This document shows positions 47,983 through 59,300 of a DNA stretch of 64,000 bases, one piece after another. A program made the position numbers and the translations under genes. Location of the stretch: assembly GCA_030583685.1 (NCBI GenBank), contig CP129470.1:148345-212344 (forward strand). Reading direction: 5' to 3'. The DNA comes from Candidatus Dojkabacteria bacterium. GTDB lineage: Bacteria; Patescibacteriota; Dojkabacteria; GCA-002793355. The notes beneath the pieces were generated by a model that worked only from the letters and a program-made list of their open reading frames with translations, ran no database searches and had not been told where the DNA came from. How positions within the stretch are numbered: position 1 is the stretch's first letter; each line of letters begins with the position of its first letter.

Positions 47983-49545
47983 ATGCTGCGATACACAACA
48001 CTTGGTGCCCAACTTACTCTATTTCTGTTCACCGCACTTGCAACAATTGCCGCTTATATGCCTTTTTTGACCTTCTTTGCGTACACTCCAGCATTTGCCT
48101 TTATTCATCGACTCAGTATTACCCTGAATATCGGAGATAGTACAAAAACGATACAAGCAATAGTCTTTATTGCACCAATTTTGATTATTAAAGCACTCTG
48201 GGCGTACCATAAACGATACGGTATATCACAATTGTTTAAAACAAAAATAATAGTATTACTCTCATTACTCGTCTTCGCGGATTTACTCTCGGTGGCAACG
48301 TCAATTCACACTATGGCCACGGTCAATGTACTACTAACACATCTCATGAATTGGGGCTTATTTCTTGCATCGAGCATTTGGCTCGCACTTCTTTCGGATT
48401 TACTTGACAGAGAAATAGTTCGAAAATACGGACTCAAATTACTTAAGGTTTTTAGTATTGCAATCATCACTTTCACCCTCGTGAACGCACTTATTTCCGT
48501 TTGGCAATTTGTTGATTGCACGCTTCCTCACCTTGGTTGTAGAACGTGGAACGCAATTGATGAAGCATTTCCGAACAAGCTCCTTCCCGTTGGACACCAA
48601 CGCTTTAGCCATAAACCGATTGTCATTAGGGCATATGGGGTGTTCGGCGACGTCAATTTCAACGGAATGTATTCACTTCTTGTAGTCGTCATTGCAGGCA
48701 CCCTTGCGTTCTTGGGCTACTTGCTTCAAAACCGAAAAGGATACCAACTCACCAAGGAGCTCCGCTGGTTACTCATCACCATTTGTGCGGCGCTCGTTTC
48801 TTTTCTCCTCACTTTGTCAAGAAGTGCAATTCTCGGTGCAGGCGCGGTATTCGTTGTTCTTCTGGCCGTACTGCTCCTTCCTGCAGTAAAGCAATACAAA
48901 CTCCCCGCAGATTTTACCTCACTCATAAAAAAAGGGGGTTCAGTTGGATTACTTGCTCTTGTCCTGCTTCTTGGCAGTGGCTTCCTCATTCCGATGCACT
49001 ATGTCACCTCGACAGGAGATGAAAAAAGTACAACGCTTACTACGCAATTATTACAATACGTCAACAAAATGTTCCATCCAGAGCAATCGTCTGCTCAAGC
49101 TCATGTAGATTTATTTTCCAGCGCAATTCGGATTGGGAATCAATCTCCACTCTTTGGGCAAGGTATGGGAACATTCGGAAGTGAGTATCAACGATTATTC
49201 GCGCCAGAAGGTGGACAAGATACTGATCCGCACTCAACCTATGGAAGATTATACGCAGAACAGGGGATCATCGGACTTAATGTTTACCTTGTTGTTATTG
49301 TCTCTCTCTGGATACACGCAATAAAACAACTCCAACATTTCAGAAACACGCTGATAACAAACATCTCACCAGGGCAACGTCTCAAGAAAGAAGAGTATTA
49401 TCTTCTTGGGGCACGATTACTTTTTACCCTTCTTGCATTTGGAGTACCTTTCTTTTCAGTTGCAACGATTAGTTACTATGGTTTTTTCCTGCCGATGACG
49501 TGGTGGTGGGGAAATGGGGAACTGGTGAAAACTTTGAAGAGCTAA
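47983..49545 (+). CDS. O-antigen ligase/polymerase (Wzy_C)-like polytopic membrane protein
   Basis: 520 aa with at least 10 TM helices and a central periplasmic loop block LSRSAILGAGAV, typical of O-antigen ligase family proteins. Confidence 0.5.
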   Translation: MLRYTTLGAQLTLFLFTALATIAAYMPFLTFFAYTPAFAFIHRLSITLNIGDSTKTIQAIVFIAPILIIKALWAYHKRYGISQLFKTKIIVLLSLLVFADLLSVATSIHTMATVNVLLTHLMNWGLFLASSIWLALLSDLLDREIVRKYGLKLLKVFSIAIITFTLVNALISVWQFVDCTLPHLGCRTWNAIDEAFPNKLLPVGHQRFSHKPIVIRAYGVFGDVNFNGMYSLLVVVIAGTLAFLGYLLQNRKGYQLTKELRWLLITICAALVSFLLTLSRSAILGAGAVFVVLLAVLLLPAVKQYKLPADFTSLIKKGGSVGLLALVLLLGSGFLIPMHYVTSTGDEKSTTLTTQLLQYVNKMFHPEQSSAQAHVDLFSSAIRIGNQSPLFGQGMGTFGSEYQRLFAPEGGQDTDPHSTYGRLYAEQGIIGLNVYLVVIVSLWIHAIKQLQHFRNTLITNISPGQRLKKEEYYLLGARLLFTLLAFGVPFFSVATISYYGFFLPMTWWWGNGELVKTLKS

Positions 49546-49586
49546 CGTCAGAAAGAAATCTCTCTTTACACAAAACTTCAAATTTC

Positions 49587-49595
49587 TGCTATACT
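49587..49595 (+). promoter_or_regulatory. extended -10 element TGcTATACT 5 nt upstream of the glyQS ATG
   Basis: TG at 49587-49588 and TATACT at 49590-49595, with the ATG at 49601. Confidence 0.35.
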
Positions 49596-49600
49596 CCCGC

Positions 49601-52501
49601 ATGACATTCCAAGACTTGATTCAAAAACTCAACGTATTTTGGGCAGAGAAAGGCTGCTTACTTGGGCAACCTTACGGGGTCGAACTCGGAGCAGGCACAG
49701 GAAATCCAAACACATTTTTCAGAGTACTTGGCCCTGAACCCTTCAATGTAGCCTATGTAGAACCAAGCAGAAGACCAACAGACGGTCGTTATGGAAAAAG
49801 TCCAAATCGTTTTCAGCATTATTTTCAGTATCAAGTAATCCTCAAACCTGCGCCACTCTGGAATCAGGAATTATTTATCGAAAGCCTGGTCGCCTTAGGG
49901 TTGAATCCAGAAAAACACGACATCCGATTTGTTGAAGACAACTGGGAATCAACACCCTTGGGAGCGTGGGGACTTGGTTGGGAAGTGTGGTGTGATGGAA
50001 TGGAAATTGCTCAGTATACCTACTTTCAGCAAATGGCCGGAACCGTTCTTGACGTGCCGACCATAGAGATTACCTATGGCCTAGAACGCCTTGCAATGTA
50101 CCTCCAGGATGTCGACCACTATAAAGACCTCAAATGGAATTCAACCACCACGTATGCAGACCTTTTTGAAAGACACGAGTTCTGGCAAGCTACGCATAAC
50201 TTTGAAACTGCCACGCCTCAAACACTCAAGACCCAATTTGAAAGCTGTGAAACAGAGGTTTCACGGCAGCTTGAACAGAAGAACTACTGGAGCGCATACG
50301 ATTATCTGTTAAAAATGTCGCACGTCTTTAACCTTCTTGATGCACGAGGAATGGTCAGTGTCTCGGACCGCGTTGCTAAGTTTGGTGCAATGGGAAGAGC
50401 AACACGAGCAATCAGCGAATTGTACCTTCAAGAACGAGAACAACTAGGATACCCGCTGCTTAAACGAATGGCGCCCGTTACCTATACCGTCAAAACAAAC
50501 CTTCATAAAATTCCTCAAAGAAACACTCGATACCAAAAGAATATTGCACTAGTCGAGCTCGGATTTGAGGAAATTCCGGCTGCCTATGGGATTCTTTGGA
50601 ATAAAACGGCAGATCATCAATGGTTCAAGCAAGAACTTAAAAAATACGGTATTTCTTACAGGAAAGCGTATATCTATTTCACTCCCAGACGAATCGTTTT
50701 TAAGATTGTTCAACCAAGCAAAACTGGCCTAATAAAGCAGAGGATTAAAGGGCCAAAAGTAGCAATCTGCTATGGTGCAAACAATAAACCTACCCCTGTA
50801 CTTCTCGGGTTTCTTACGAAACACGCAGCAACAGAAAGCGATATCATCGTAAGAACTGAGAGTCAAGGTGAATTCGTAACACTCGAGAAAACAACGAAGG
50901 TTTCGCTTACCGAAGTATTACAGCAAATTCTACACTCACTTATTGACCTTGCTCCAAAGTCAAAGTGGATGTTTTGGGATAAGTCCAAGCAAGTATTTAT
51001 CCGTCCACTAAGGTGGATTCTCGCCTTTCATAACAAGAAGAAACTAGACCTCACCTTGTTTTCTGTCAAATCATCGAAAACAAGCATGTTGCCACGGTAT
51101 GAGCTTCCTGCGCAAGAAATGATTTCCTCTGCCCAAGAATACCTTCATTTTATTAGACGACAGAAAATTATCCTAAGTCCGAAAAAACGAATGAAAAGAA
51201 TTACTCACGAAATCCTCAAGAAAGGAGAACAAACCGGCGAATTCACAAAAATGGTAAGACAGAATGCATATTTGACAGAAAACCCTCATACGGCGATAAG
51301 CATACTCGATAGGAAATATCGGCAACTGCCGAACGAGCTTCTCACCCTCATTCTCGAAAAGAACCAACAATATCCTATGACTGTTGACAACAAGGGTAAC
51401 CTGCACTATCACCTTGTCGCAAACCATCGAAGAGTTCACACACGAATTCATCAGGGAAATGATAAAGTCGCGAGGGCAAGACTGGAAGATGGGTTATTCT
51501 ACTTTCAGCAAGATAGACAGAAAACGCTTACGGAGTTTTCTGACGCCTTACGACAAATAGCCTTCCATCCAAAAGCGGGGTCATATTTCGATAAGAAAGA
51601 AAGAATTCACTCGTTTGTTAACGCTTATTACAAGCAACAGCGACTTTCCGTTCCCCACGATACTCAAGAGGCATTAAAACTCATTAAAAATGATAAAGGC
51701 ACTTCGTTAGGAAAGGAATTTCCTTCGCTCGAAGGAATCATTGGAAAGGCATATGCCCTGAGAAATGGTGTCCGTCAGAGCGTTGCCGTATTACTCGCAG
51801 ACCACTACTTACCCCTTGAACCTAATGGTCAAATTCCGTCAACACAAGAAGCAAAGATACTTAGCCTTGCGGACAAACTTGACAGTTTGCTTACACTTTA
51901 CGAGGTAGAGAAGTTGCCTGAAGGAAATCACGATCCGTTCGAAATTAGAAAAACAGTATATCGACTACTCACGTTACTCATCAAGGGAAAACTCGACTAC
52001 GAATTAACTTCACTTCCTGAACCGCTATATCTCTATATTATCAAGCGATTTCAACAAATCCTTGAGGAAGAAGGAAAAGCACCTTGGCTTGCAAAAGGAA
52101 TCGCATACTCGGGATCAACAAATATTTACAAAAAATATCAGTACGCACAAGAACTACATGCTGTCATTGAAAAAGCCTCTCTGCAGGAAACACTCCTAGA
52201 CGCAATAAAACGAGTTATGAACATCGTCAGTAAAAATGAACTCCCCGCGAACCAACGGGTCGTAACCCCGCCAGGAACCCTCCAAAAATCTGAAGCAGCA
52301 CTTCACCAGTTCATGCAAATCTACGAGAAGCAGGCATCTCTCCCTGCAGCAGAACTTCCAAAACTTGCAATACTCCTTGAAGATTTCTTTACAGAAGTTA
52401 TGGTTCTTGATAAAGAGGCTGCCGTACGACAATGGAGATTATCATTACTCGCAAGGGTGAAAACACTCCTGCAACAAGATTTTTTGCTCAGTTTTAATTA
52501 G
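49601..52501 (+). CDS. glyQS: glycine--tRNA ligase, fused alpha-beta (GlyQS)
   Basis: The N-terminal 300 aa match GlyQ (PEPFNVAYVEPSRRPTDGRYG, FVEDNWESTPLGAWGLGWEVW) and are followed by a GlyS beta-subunit body of ~660 aa in one ORF. Confidence 0.85.
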   Translation: MTFQDLIQKLNVFWAEKGCLLGQPYGVELGAGTGNPNTFFRVLGPEPFNVAYVEPSRRPTDGRYGKSPNRFQHYFQYQVILKPAPLWNQELFIESLVALGLNPEKHDIRFVEDNWESTPLGAWGLGWEVWCDGMEIAQYTYFQQMAGTVLDVPTIEITYGLERLAMYLQDVDHYKDLKWNSTTTYADLFERHEFWQATHNFETATPQTLKTQFESCETEVSRQLEQKNYWSAYDYLLKMSHVFNLLDARGMVSVSDRVAKFGAMGRATRAISELYLQEREQLGYPLLKRMAPVTYTVKTNLHKIPQRNTRYQKNIALVELGFEEIPAAYGILWNKTADHQWFKQELKKYGISYRKAYIYFTPRRIVFKIVQPSKTGLIKQRIKGPKVAICYGANNKPTPVLLGFLTKHAATESDIIVRTESQGEFVTLEKTTKVSLTEVLQQILHSLIDLAPKSKWMFWDKSKQVFIRPLRWILAFHNKKKLDLTLFSVKSSKTSMLPRYELPAQEMISSAQEYLHFIRRQKIILSPKKRMKRITHEILKKGEQTGEFTKMVRQNAYLTENPHTAISILDRKYRQLPNELLTLILEKNQQYPMTVDNKGNLHYHLVANHRRVHTRIHQGNDKVARARLEDGLFYFQQDRQKTLTEFSDALRQIAFHPKAGSYFDKKERIHSFVNAYYKQQRLSVPHDTQEALKLIKNDKGTSLGKEFPSLEGIIGKAYALRNGVRQSVAVLLADHYLPLEPNGQIPSTQEAKILSLADKLDSLLTLYEVEKLPEGNHDPFEIRKTVYRLLTLLIKGKLDYELTSLPEPLYLYIIKRFQQILEEEGKAPWLAKGIAYSGSTNIYKKYQYAQELHAVIEKASLQETLLDAIKRVMNIVSKNELPANQRVVTPPGTLQKSEAALHQFMQIYEKQASLPAAELPKLAILLEDFFTEVMVLDKEAAVRQWRLSLLARVKTLLQQDFLLSFN

Positions 52502-52994
52502 TCAATCTTCCTGCAAGCAGAGGGGGGAGTTGCAAAAGCAAATCACGTGATTTTTTGTCCAGGACCTTTTCCAGTTGGCCTTCACGTTCTTGAAGCAAGA
52601 AAGCAAGATGCCTCAAGGCATGTGAAACAACGGCCGTCATCGGTATCATCTCTGGTCTTGGTTTCTGGGGATTCTGGGAATGAGTAATACTGATATCAGA
52701 AAGGAGTAACGTTTCTGGTGAAATCGAAACAAATTCGAGGTGATTCGCAAAAATACAATAGGTGAGCATGATTGAATGTCTTTGCTCATATCGCCAACTT
52801 GTTGAATGACTAAAATAGTAGCCTTCAGCTTTTATGATTCTTCCTTCAGCAAGAAAGTACTTGCAATACTCATTTACCAGCAAATCAGGATCTCGTGCCT
52901 CCAGGGTGATATCGAGTTCTCGACGAACATACTGGAAACATGCTTTTCCTGGGGTAATAAAGAATAATTCAAGAACAGTTTTCATTTTTGGCAT
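52494..52994 (-). CDS. hypothetical protein
   Basis: 166 aa from MPKMKTVLELF, no recognisable domain. The longer ORF start (53084) would overlap the divergent neighbour. Confidence 0.3.
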   Translation of the reverse strand: MPKMKTVLELFFITPGKACFQYVRRELDITLEARDPDLLVNEYCKYFLAEGRIIKAEGYYFSHSTSWRYEQRHSIMLTYCIFANHLEFVSISPETLLLSDISITHSQNPQKPRPEMIPMTAVVSHALRHLAFLLQEREGQLEKVLDKKSRDLLLQLPPLLAGRLTN

Positions 52995-53022
52995 TGTAGC
53001 ATGATTGTGTATAATCAACAGA

Positions 53023-53487
53023 ATGGAGGCAAGAATAAAAAAAACATTTCCTACATACACTGCAATCATAGGAGACGAAGACAAAATTTGGGAACTATCT
53101 GCAAAAGTACAACTTCCGATACAATGTCAACAACCTGATAATGACAGGCTTGCGAGGGAATCATTACTTGATCGAGGCCATCAACTCTGTGGATTTATTT
53201 CAATGAGTGATATGCGAGGCCATGGAATTCTCAAGAACACCATCAATTTGATTGCCGAAGATGTTGAACTCCGAGTATTACTACTTGCACTACATATACC
53301 AGTGATTTACGCAGCCGATTCTCCGGACCGGAATGGATTGTGGCTATACATCCATAAAGATCAACTCCAGAAATCCGCACTCATAACAGATGTTAATGAT
53401 TACTTACAAATAGTCTCCCAGTATATCAATGACATTCTCAAGAAGAAACCGGCAGCTGAGGTACCTCCTCAGTATCGACATCTGTAA
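53023..53487 (+). CDS. hypothetical protein
   Basis: 154 aa from MEARIKK, no recognisable domain. It diverges from the previous gene with a ~28-nt gap. Confidence 0.3.
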   Translation: MEARIKKTFPTYTAIIGDEDKIWELSAKVQLPIQCQQPDNDRLARESLLDRGHQLCGFISMSDMRGHGILKNTINLIAEDVELRVLLLALHIPVIYAADSPDRNGLWLYIHKDQLQKSALITDVNDYLQIVSQYINDILKKKPAAEVPPQYRHL

Positions 53488-54511
53488 TCGCGATTGTGCC
53501 CTGAAGCCTGTTACCAAACTTTGAGAGGTATTTATCTGTTTCCGCATACTTCTGCTGCGCATGAGTCAAGTGGCTTCCAATTACCGAATACGAGTCTAAA
53601 ACACGCCCAAATTCAGATTCCATGGTTTTAATTGAATCAAGTATCTCCTTCGCTTTCTTACTCACCTGCATGCCCTTCATACCAAGTAATACAATCTGAA
53701 TATACGCATACAAGGTACTCGGCGAAACAGGAACAACGTGGCGATCGAAACAAAAACGCTTGATATTCAACTCTTCATCATCACGAATGACCGTTTCGTA
53801 ATAAATATTTTCTGCAGGAATGTACATGAACGCGACATCAAGAGATTTCTCTTCCTTCGAGATATATTTTGATGCAATATCAGTCACATGCTTTTGGATA
53901 TCCTTTTTCAACGCCTTCTTGATAGTGGATTTCTCTTCATCTGAAGTTGCCTCATTGAGACGAATAAAGTTTTCTAACGGAAACTTGGCGTCAATGGGTA
54001 AAAATGAATCGTTAAACTTTACAATTGCATCAACAATCACATCTCCGGTTTTATACTTATATTGAAACTCAAGAACATCCTTTGGCATGAATTCAACGAG
54101 AAGTGATTCAAGTGATTCTTCTCCCCAGCCGCCACGCATTTTTTGTGCTTTAAAGACATTGGTCAAATCCCCAATACTTTTCCCTAAATCAGTAATTTTC
54201 TTTGAACCTTCTTCAAACGCAGTAATTCGTTCTCTTAAGTCGCCAATAACTTTACTTGCGGTACTGAGTCGATCGTTCACTTCTTTGGTAGAAGTCTGAG
54301 AGAACTGTAAATTCTCATTAACTCGTGAAGTCACGTGTTCCTTGACTTCGTTAATTCTTCGCTCAAGCCGATCATCGAGCATGCGTAAGCTTTCATCAAG
54401 AGAACGTTGCAAATCGGCACTTTGTGTCGTCACTGTATTGAGTTTTGTAGCCAAAAAAACAATTACCGCAAGTAAAACGAAAATCGCAATAAGTAATAAC
54501 GTAGTGGTCAT
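53438..54511 (-). CDS. rmuC: DNA recombination protein RmuC
   Basis: N-terminal TM helix, coiled-coil region and a C-terminal RmuC nuclease-like domain (MYIPAENIYYETVIRDDE). Confidence 0.75.
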   Translation of the reverse strand: MTTTLLLIAIFVLLAVIVFLATKLNTVTTQSADLQRSLDESLRMLDDRLERRINEVKEHVTSRVNENLQFSQTSTKEVNDRLSTASKVIGDLRERITAFEEGSKKITDLGKSIGDLTNVFKAQKMRGGWGEESLESLLVEFMPKDVLEFQYKYKTGDVIVDAIVKFNDSFLPIDAKFPLENFIRLNEATSDEEKSTIKKALKKDIQKHVTDIASKYISKEEKSLDVAFMYIPAENIYYETVIRDDEELNIKRFCFDRHVVPVSPSTLYAYIQIVLLGMKGMQVSKKAKEILDSIKTMESEFGRVLDSYSVIGSHLTHAQQKYAETDKYLSKFGNRLQGTIAITDVDTEEVPQLPVSS

Positions 54512-54565
54512 ACGGAATAATAGCAGATTAAGAGCAGTGACGCATCAGAAAAGCGAACGGCTTGC

Positions 54566-55204
54566 TTACTTCTTACCCAATATCGCAGTAATTGCTTCAA
54601 AATCACTGAGTAACGTTTGCCTCATCCCGCCGTTATATAACGCAGCAGCTGGATGGTATAGTGTCAAAAGTGAAAGGCGCGTAGCCTTAAACGTACCGTC
54701 ACAAACCTTCCCATGAATTTTACTAATTGGCTGTAATTGTTCACGTAATTCCATTCTTTCGAAAAGATACGCCATCGAAAACCTCCCTAGCGTGACAACC
54801 AAATCTGGACGGATAATACTTATTTGGTCATCAAGAAATGGAGAATAAAAGGCAATTTCCTCTGGAAGAGGGTCCCTGTTGTTCGGTGGCCTGTCCTTAA
54901 TGAGGTTGGTTATGTACACAGATTCTCTCTCTAATCCAACATGCGCAAGAAGCACATCAAGGAATTTCCCCGCCGCACCACAAAACGGTCTTCCTTGTTT
55001 TGCTTCATTTTCACCCGGCGCTTCACCAACAAACATCACTCGAGCAGCATGGTTTCCTTCACCAATCACAGGATGGAAAGAGTTCTCTTGTCTATACGCG
55101 TAAAGAGGAGAAGTTGTTGCATTCAGTAAAGAATCTTTAATTGCCTTCAGTTTGTTATACCGCTCAGTGAGTTCTGTTTGCGTAATGTCTTGCAGAATCT
55201 GCAT
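54566..55204 (-). CDS. uracil-DNA glycosylase, family 4-like, lacking Fe-S cysteine ligands
   Basis: Blocks GEGNHAARVMFVGEAPGENEAKQGRPFCGAAGKFL and NLIKDRPPNNRDP match family-4 motifs. KCRPP is replaced by KDRPP, and there are no N-terminal CxxC cysteines. Confidence 0.7.
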   Translation of the reverse strand: MQILQDITQTELTERYNKLKAIKDSLLNATTSPLYAYRQENSFHPVIGEGNHAARVMFVGEAPGENEAKQGRPFCGAAGKFLDVLLAHVGLERESVYITNLIKDRPPNNRDPLPEEIAFYSPFLDDQISIIRPDLVVTLGRFSMAYLFERMELREQLQPISKIHGKVCDGTFKATRLSLLTLYHPAAALYNGGMRQTLLSDFEAITAILGKK

Positions 55205-55205
55205 G

Positions 55206-56318
55206 CTAATAATCTAATGGGTTACCATAAAAATATAATGGCTTTCCACAAAGGACACATACACGCGCTGGAGCCTCGCTCTTTGGTATGACTGATTGTC
55301 GATATGAGGCAAAAAGGCTACCAAACAAAGACGTTGAACTTCCTATCTTCACAACCTGATAGTCTTCACCAAGCTTGGCTGCTTGTGCGAGTGCAGTAAT
55401 CGTTTCGTCGCGAGTCGCAATTTCGTCAATCAACTGATATTCCTTTGCCTTTGGTGCACCATAGATAAGAGCTTTGACCGTGTCTTTCACATACGTTTTT
55501 GGAATATTTCGTTGTTTGCTGACATACTCAACAAACACCTCATACTCGTCATCAACGCTGTTTTGCAGAACAGTCAGTTCATCTTCAGACAGTGGCCTCA
55601 CAGGGTTACCCAAATCTTTGTAAGTTCCGCCCGTAATATAGGTAAAAGATACCCCGTTCTGAGTACCAATTCCATTAATCGTCACAATTTTGTCGTAATA
55701 TTCGAAGGGCCCCATGATGACGCCAATGCTTCCAACTAAGCTCCCTTGTTCTGCATATACTTTCTCAGCTGAAATGGCAGCCCAGTACCCACCAGAAGCG
55801 GCAATATCCTCGATATATGCATACACTGGTTTTCCAGTTTTTTCTTGAAAATGCGCAACTCCATCCGCAATAGCCCGAGAGCCAACAATGGTCCCACCAG
55901 GAGAATTAACAACCAGCAGAACCGCCTTAATTGAATCATCGGTGGCAGCCTTTACCAATTGATCCTTAACTCGATAGCCAAAAACGTACTGTCCAACCAA
56001 GAGGGAAGTGAGCACGTCGTCCGTATCTGATTGAGAAGAAGTCAAAATTGGTTGATCAATATACAACGCGAGAATGTTGTTACTACTTTTCTCATCACCT
56101 AACACATGGGTGTAGTTCGATGGGGAAGAGGCAGTATCAGAAGGAATGCTTCCAAGTAACAGTAAAGAGAATGGTAAAATTCCGCACAAAGAGCAAATCA
56201 TTGCAATTCCCAGGATAATCGTCAAAAGAGTCCCCATTGGCGATTTCCGACGTTCTTGCTGAACATACACAACTTCTTTCTGAACAGGTGATGATGAGTG
56301 AGATTCCATATTTTCCAT
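55206..56318 (-). CDS. sppA: signal peptide peptidase SppA (S49 family, 36K type)
   Basis: N-terminal TM helix followed by the S49 core: VVNSPGGTIVGS...YAYIEDIAASGGYWAAISAEKVYA. Confidence 0.8.
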   Translation of the reverse strand: MENMESHSSSPVQKEVVYVQQERRKSPMGTLLTIILGIAMICSLCGILPFSLLLLGSIPSDTASSPSNYTHVLGDEKSSNNILALYIDQPILTSSQSDTDDVLTSLLVGQYVFGYRVKDQLVKAATDDSIKAVLLVVNSPGGTIVGSRAIADGVAHFQEKTGKPVYAYIEDIAASGGYWAAISAEKVYAEQGSLVGSIGVIMGPFEYYDKIVTINGIGTQNGVSFTYITGGTYKDLGNPVRPLSEDELTVLQNSVDDEYEVFVEYVSKQRNIPKTYVKDTVKALIYGAPKAKEYQLIDEIATRDETITALAQAAKLGEDYQVVKIGSSTSLFGSLFASYRQSVIPKSEAPARVCVLCGKPLYFYGNPLDY

Positions 56319-56385
56319 AGGCTATCTTAATATAAATTGTGGCAAGTGAAAAGCACAATTACTCACGGTCAATACCGCAATCGAG

Positions 56386-59300
56386 TTACTTTTCTACGCC
56401 AATCGAGCAATAGTCACAATCATCATCTGTTCCATGTACCCTCGGAAATTCTAGCTTCTGAATTTTGTTCCAGACATCAATTATCAAAGCTTTCATGTCT
56501 TCAACATCTGCTTGCACGTATTCCACTTCGCATTCAACAAACTGCTCACGCTGTGGATCAACAAAAAAGAGACTTCCAATAACGGTTTGTGCCCCATTAC
56601 TCGTCATCCACCAATCTAAGTCAGCGACAACTTTGTAAAAGAGCAATTGATTATAATATCGCTGTGCTTTTGCCTTCTCATAATTGTACGGTGGGAACTC
56701 CCCACTTGGATGCATAGTATCAAATGCATTCGGTGACAAGGCTTTCCCTGTTTTGTAATCGACAACTTTCAGAAACTTGCGTTCTTTATCAACATAGTCG
56801 ATTCGATCAACTCGGCCTTTCAATCGCGCTCCAGATACGACTCCAGTTAACTTGTGTTCATTTTTAACGGGAAGAATCAGCTTGTCGGCATACGTTTGAT
56901 AATACAGAGACAGGTTCTTTTCACCTTTTTCAAGCAATTTCGCACGTTGTGAGGCTCGCAAAGGATACTTGGTCAATTTCTGGGCAAAGACTGCAAAAAA
57001 CTCTTTCTCCGTCAACGGAGGCTCATTCATTTTCTTTCTGCTATACAATTTGAGAAGTGCATCATGATAAGCATTTCCATACGCAAGAGATGGCGACATC
57101 GCACCGGGAATGCGGAGGAGATTTCCAAGCAAAAAGGACATAGGGCATGCCAAATAATTGTTTAACCCCGTCGGATGCAAATCAAATTTAGAAACAATTG
57201 TTCTAATGACATCGCGCTCGTCAACAGAGTTAATGTAAACGGTGTTAAACGGTCGGGGAGCAAGTAAATCGGCAATGTGTTCTTGAATAATTGAGGTATA
57301 TTTCTCAGTAGAAAGTTGCTTTATGTATGCATTTGGAATCTCGTTCAAAAAGAGCGACGGATGGACTTCTTTTTCTTTACCGAAGGTGGATGAATAAACT
57401 GTTGCATAACTCAAATATACGCGACGCTTCGCACGAGTCATCGCGACGTACAATAAGCGTCTGTCTTCTTCCATTGCCTGTACTGCATCATCAGCACCCG
57501 TCAAGGTCTTTGGCAAACTCAACCCTGGTCGAGTTCGCTTGTTATCCCACTTTGTTGAATACAGTTGAGGAATAAAGACAATGTCAAACTCCAAACCTTT
57601 CGATGAATGTGCCGTCATAATTTGAACTCCTTTTTCAGGAACGCCGAGATCCTTTTCTTTGATCGGAATCCGAAACTCTTTCATCAAATCAATTGCAACA
57701 AGAAACTCCTGAACCGTCATATCAGGTTCACTCACATTGAGCGCCTTTACTTCAGCGAAAAAAGAATTTAATGCATTGAGATGCTTAACTTTATCCTTTT
57801 CGGCAAGAACATGGTTAAGCAAGCCACTTTCATGCATGAGGAGTTCCAAAATCTTTACCAATGGCTCTCGAAACGAAGCAGAATACCAAGAAATGACCTG
57901 ATCGAAAAACGCCAAAACCTTCTCTTTCCCGTCAAGTGAAAGGCCAAATGCGTCAAAATTAACCTCTTTGCCTTGTTTAGCAATATAAGCCCACAATGAG
58001 TCAATACGATATTCTGGGTAAGCACGTCCAATTTTGAGCAAATCCAATTTTGGGATTGCAAGATACGGAAAATGTAGTATTTTTACCAAGAGCAAGTCGT
58101 TGACTTCATCAGTTCCAATAAGAGAAATTAAACGAACCAATGACAACAGCTGTTGAACATAGTGATTAACAAGAGCATTATCTCCTGCTTTCCTGACATA
58201 CGGGATACGTTTTCTTTGCAACATATCGACGACTGCATCCATATCTGCGTTATTACGAACCAGAATTGCAATATTCTCGTAGGTAATACGCTTGTGCTTA
58301 ACTAACTGCTGAATCTTTTCTGCAATAAAAAGGTTTTCTGCTTCTCCTCGGTGAAATGTTGCAAGTCGGAGCTTCTTTTTTGCATAATGAGCCCGAGCTT
58401 CAAGCGCTTTATTCACCTCCTGTAATGTTTTCTCAAGAGATTGCGTGTTGTGACGTATAAACTCACGTGAAGCATTGAGAACTGTCTGTTGAGAACGGTA
58501 ATTCTCTGTTAAGGTAATTACTTTAGCAGTAGGATACTTGGCCAAAAAATCGACAATATTTTTGACAGATGCCCCTTGGAATCGATAAATTGCTTGATCA
58601 TCATCTCCAACCGCAAAAATATTAGCTTCCTCACCCCAATAGGCAGCTAACGTAAACAAGAGAGTATTCTGCGCATCATTCGTATCTTGATACTCGTCCA
58701 TGAGTAAATATTCATACTTCTCTTGAAGGATTGAGCGAAATTCCGAGTCCTGAGTTAGTTTTTCAAGGACAAATAAAATCATATCTTCGTAATCATATCG
58801 CTGCTTCGCGCGCAGCTTGGACTGATAATGTTCGTAGAACACAACTACTTCTTTGTATTTTGCAATTTTCTTCTGCTGCATCTCATATTCAACACGCACT
58901 TTTTTCCCTTTTTCTGGTCCTCTCGTCACATACTTTTCCATGCCCTGCAGCAGTTCTTCTTCTTGGGCAATCGCCTCTTGAAAGCGAGCAGGCGTTACAT
59001 ATTCACGTTTCATGGTTGAGATAATACTCAACAAATCTGGAATATACATATCTTTTGCAACAATCGGGGAGAGGTGATGGTACTCAGTATGCTCCAAAAT
59101 TTCTTGTGCAAATCGAATTCGTTCGATATCAGTCAACGGAGAAAATCCTTGAATTTCAGCAAAATATTCAGGAAATTCTTGTATGACTGAATTACAAAAT
59201 CCATGAATAGTCGTGATGTCAACCGCGTACGCTGTTTGTCCGATTAATTCAAAGAGTTTTCTCTTCATTGCAAAAACACCTGCTTCGGTAAACGTCATGG

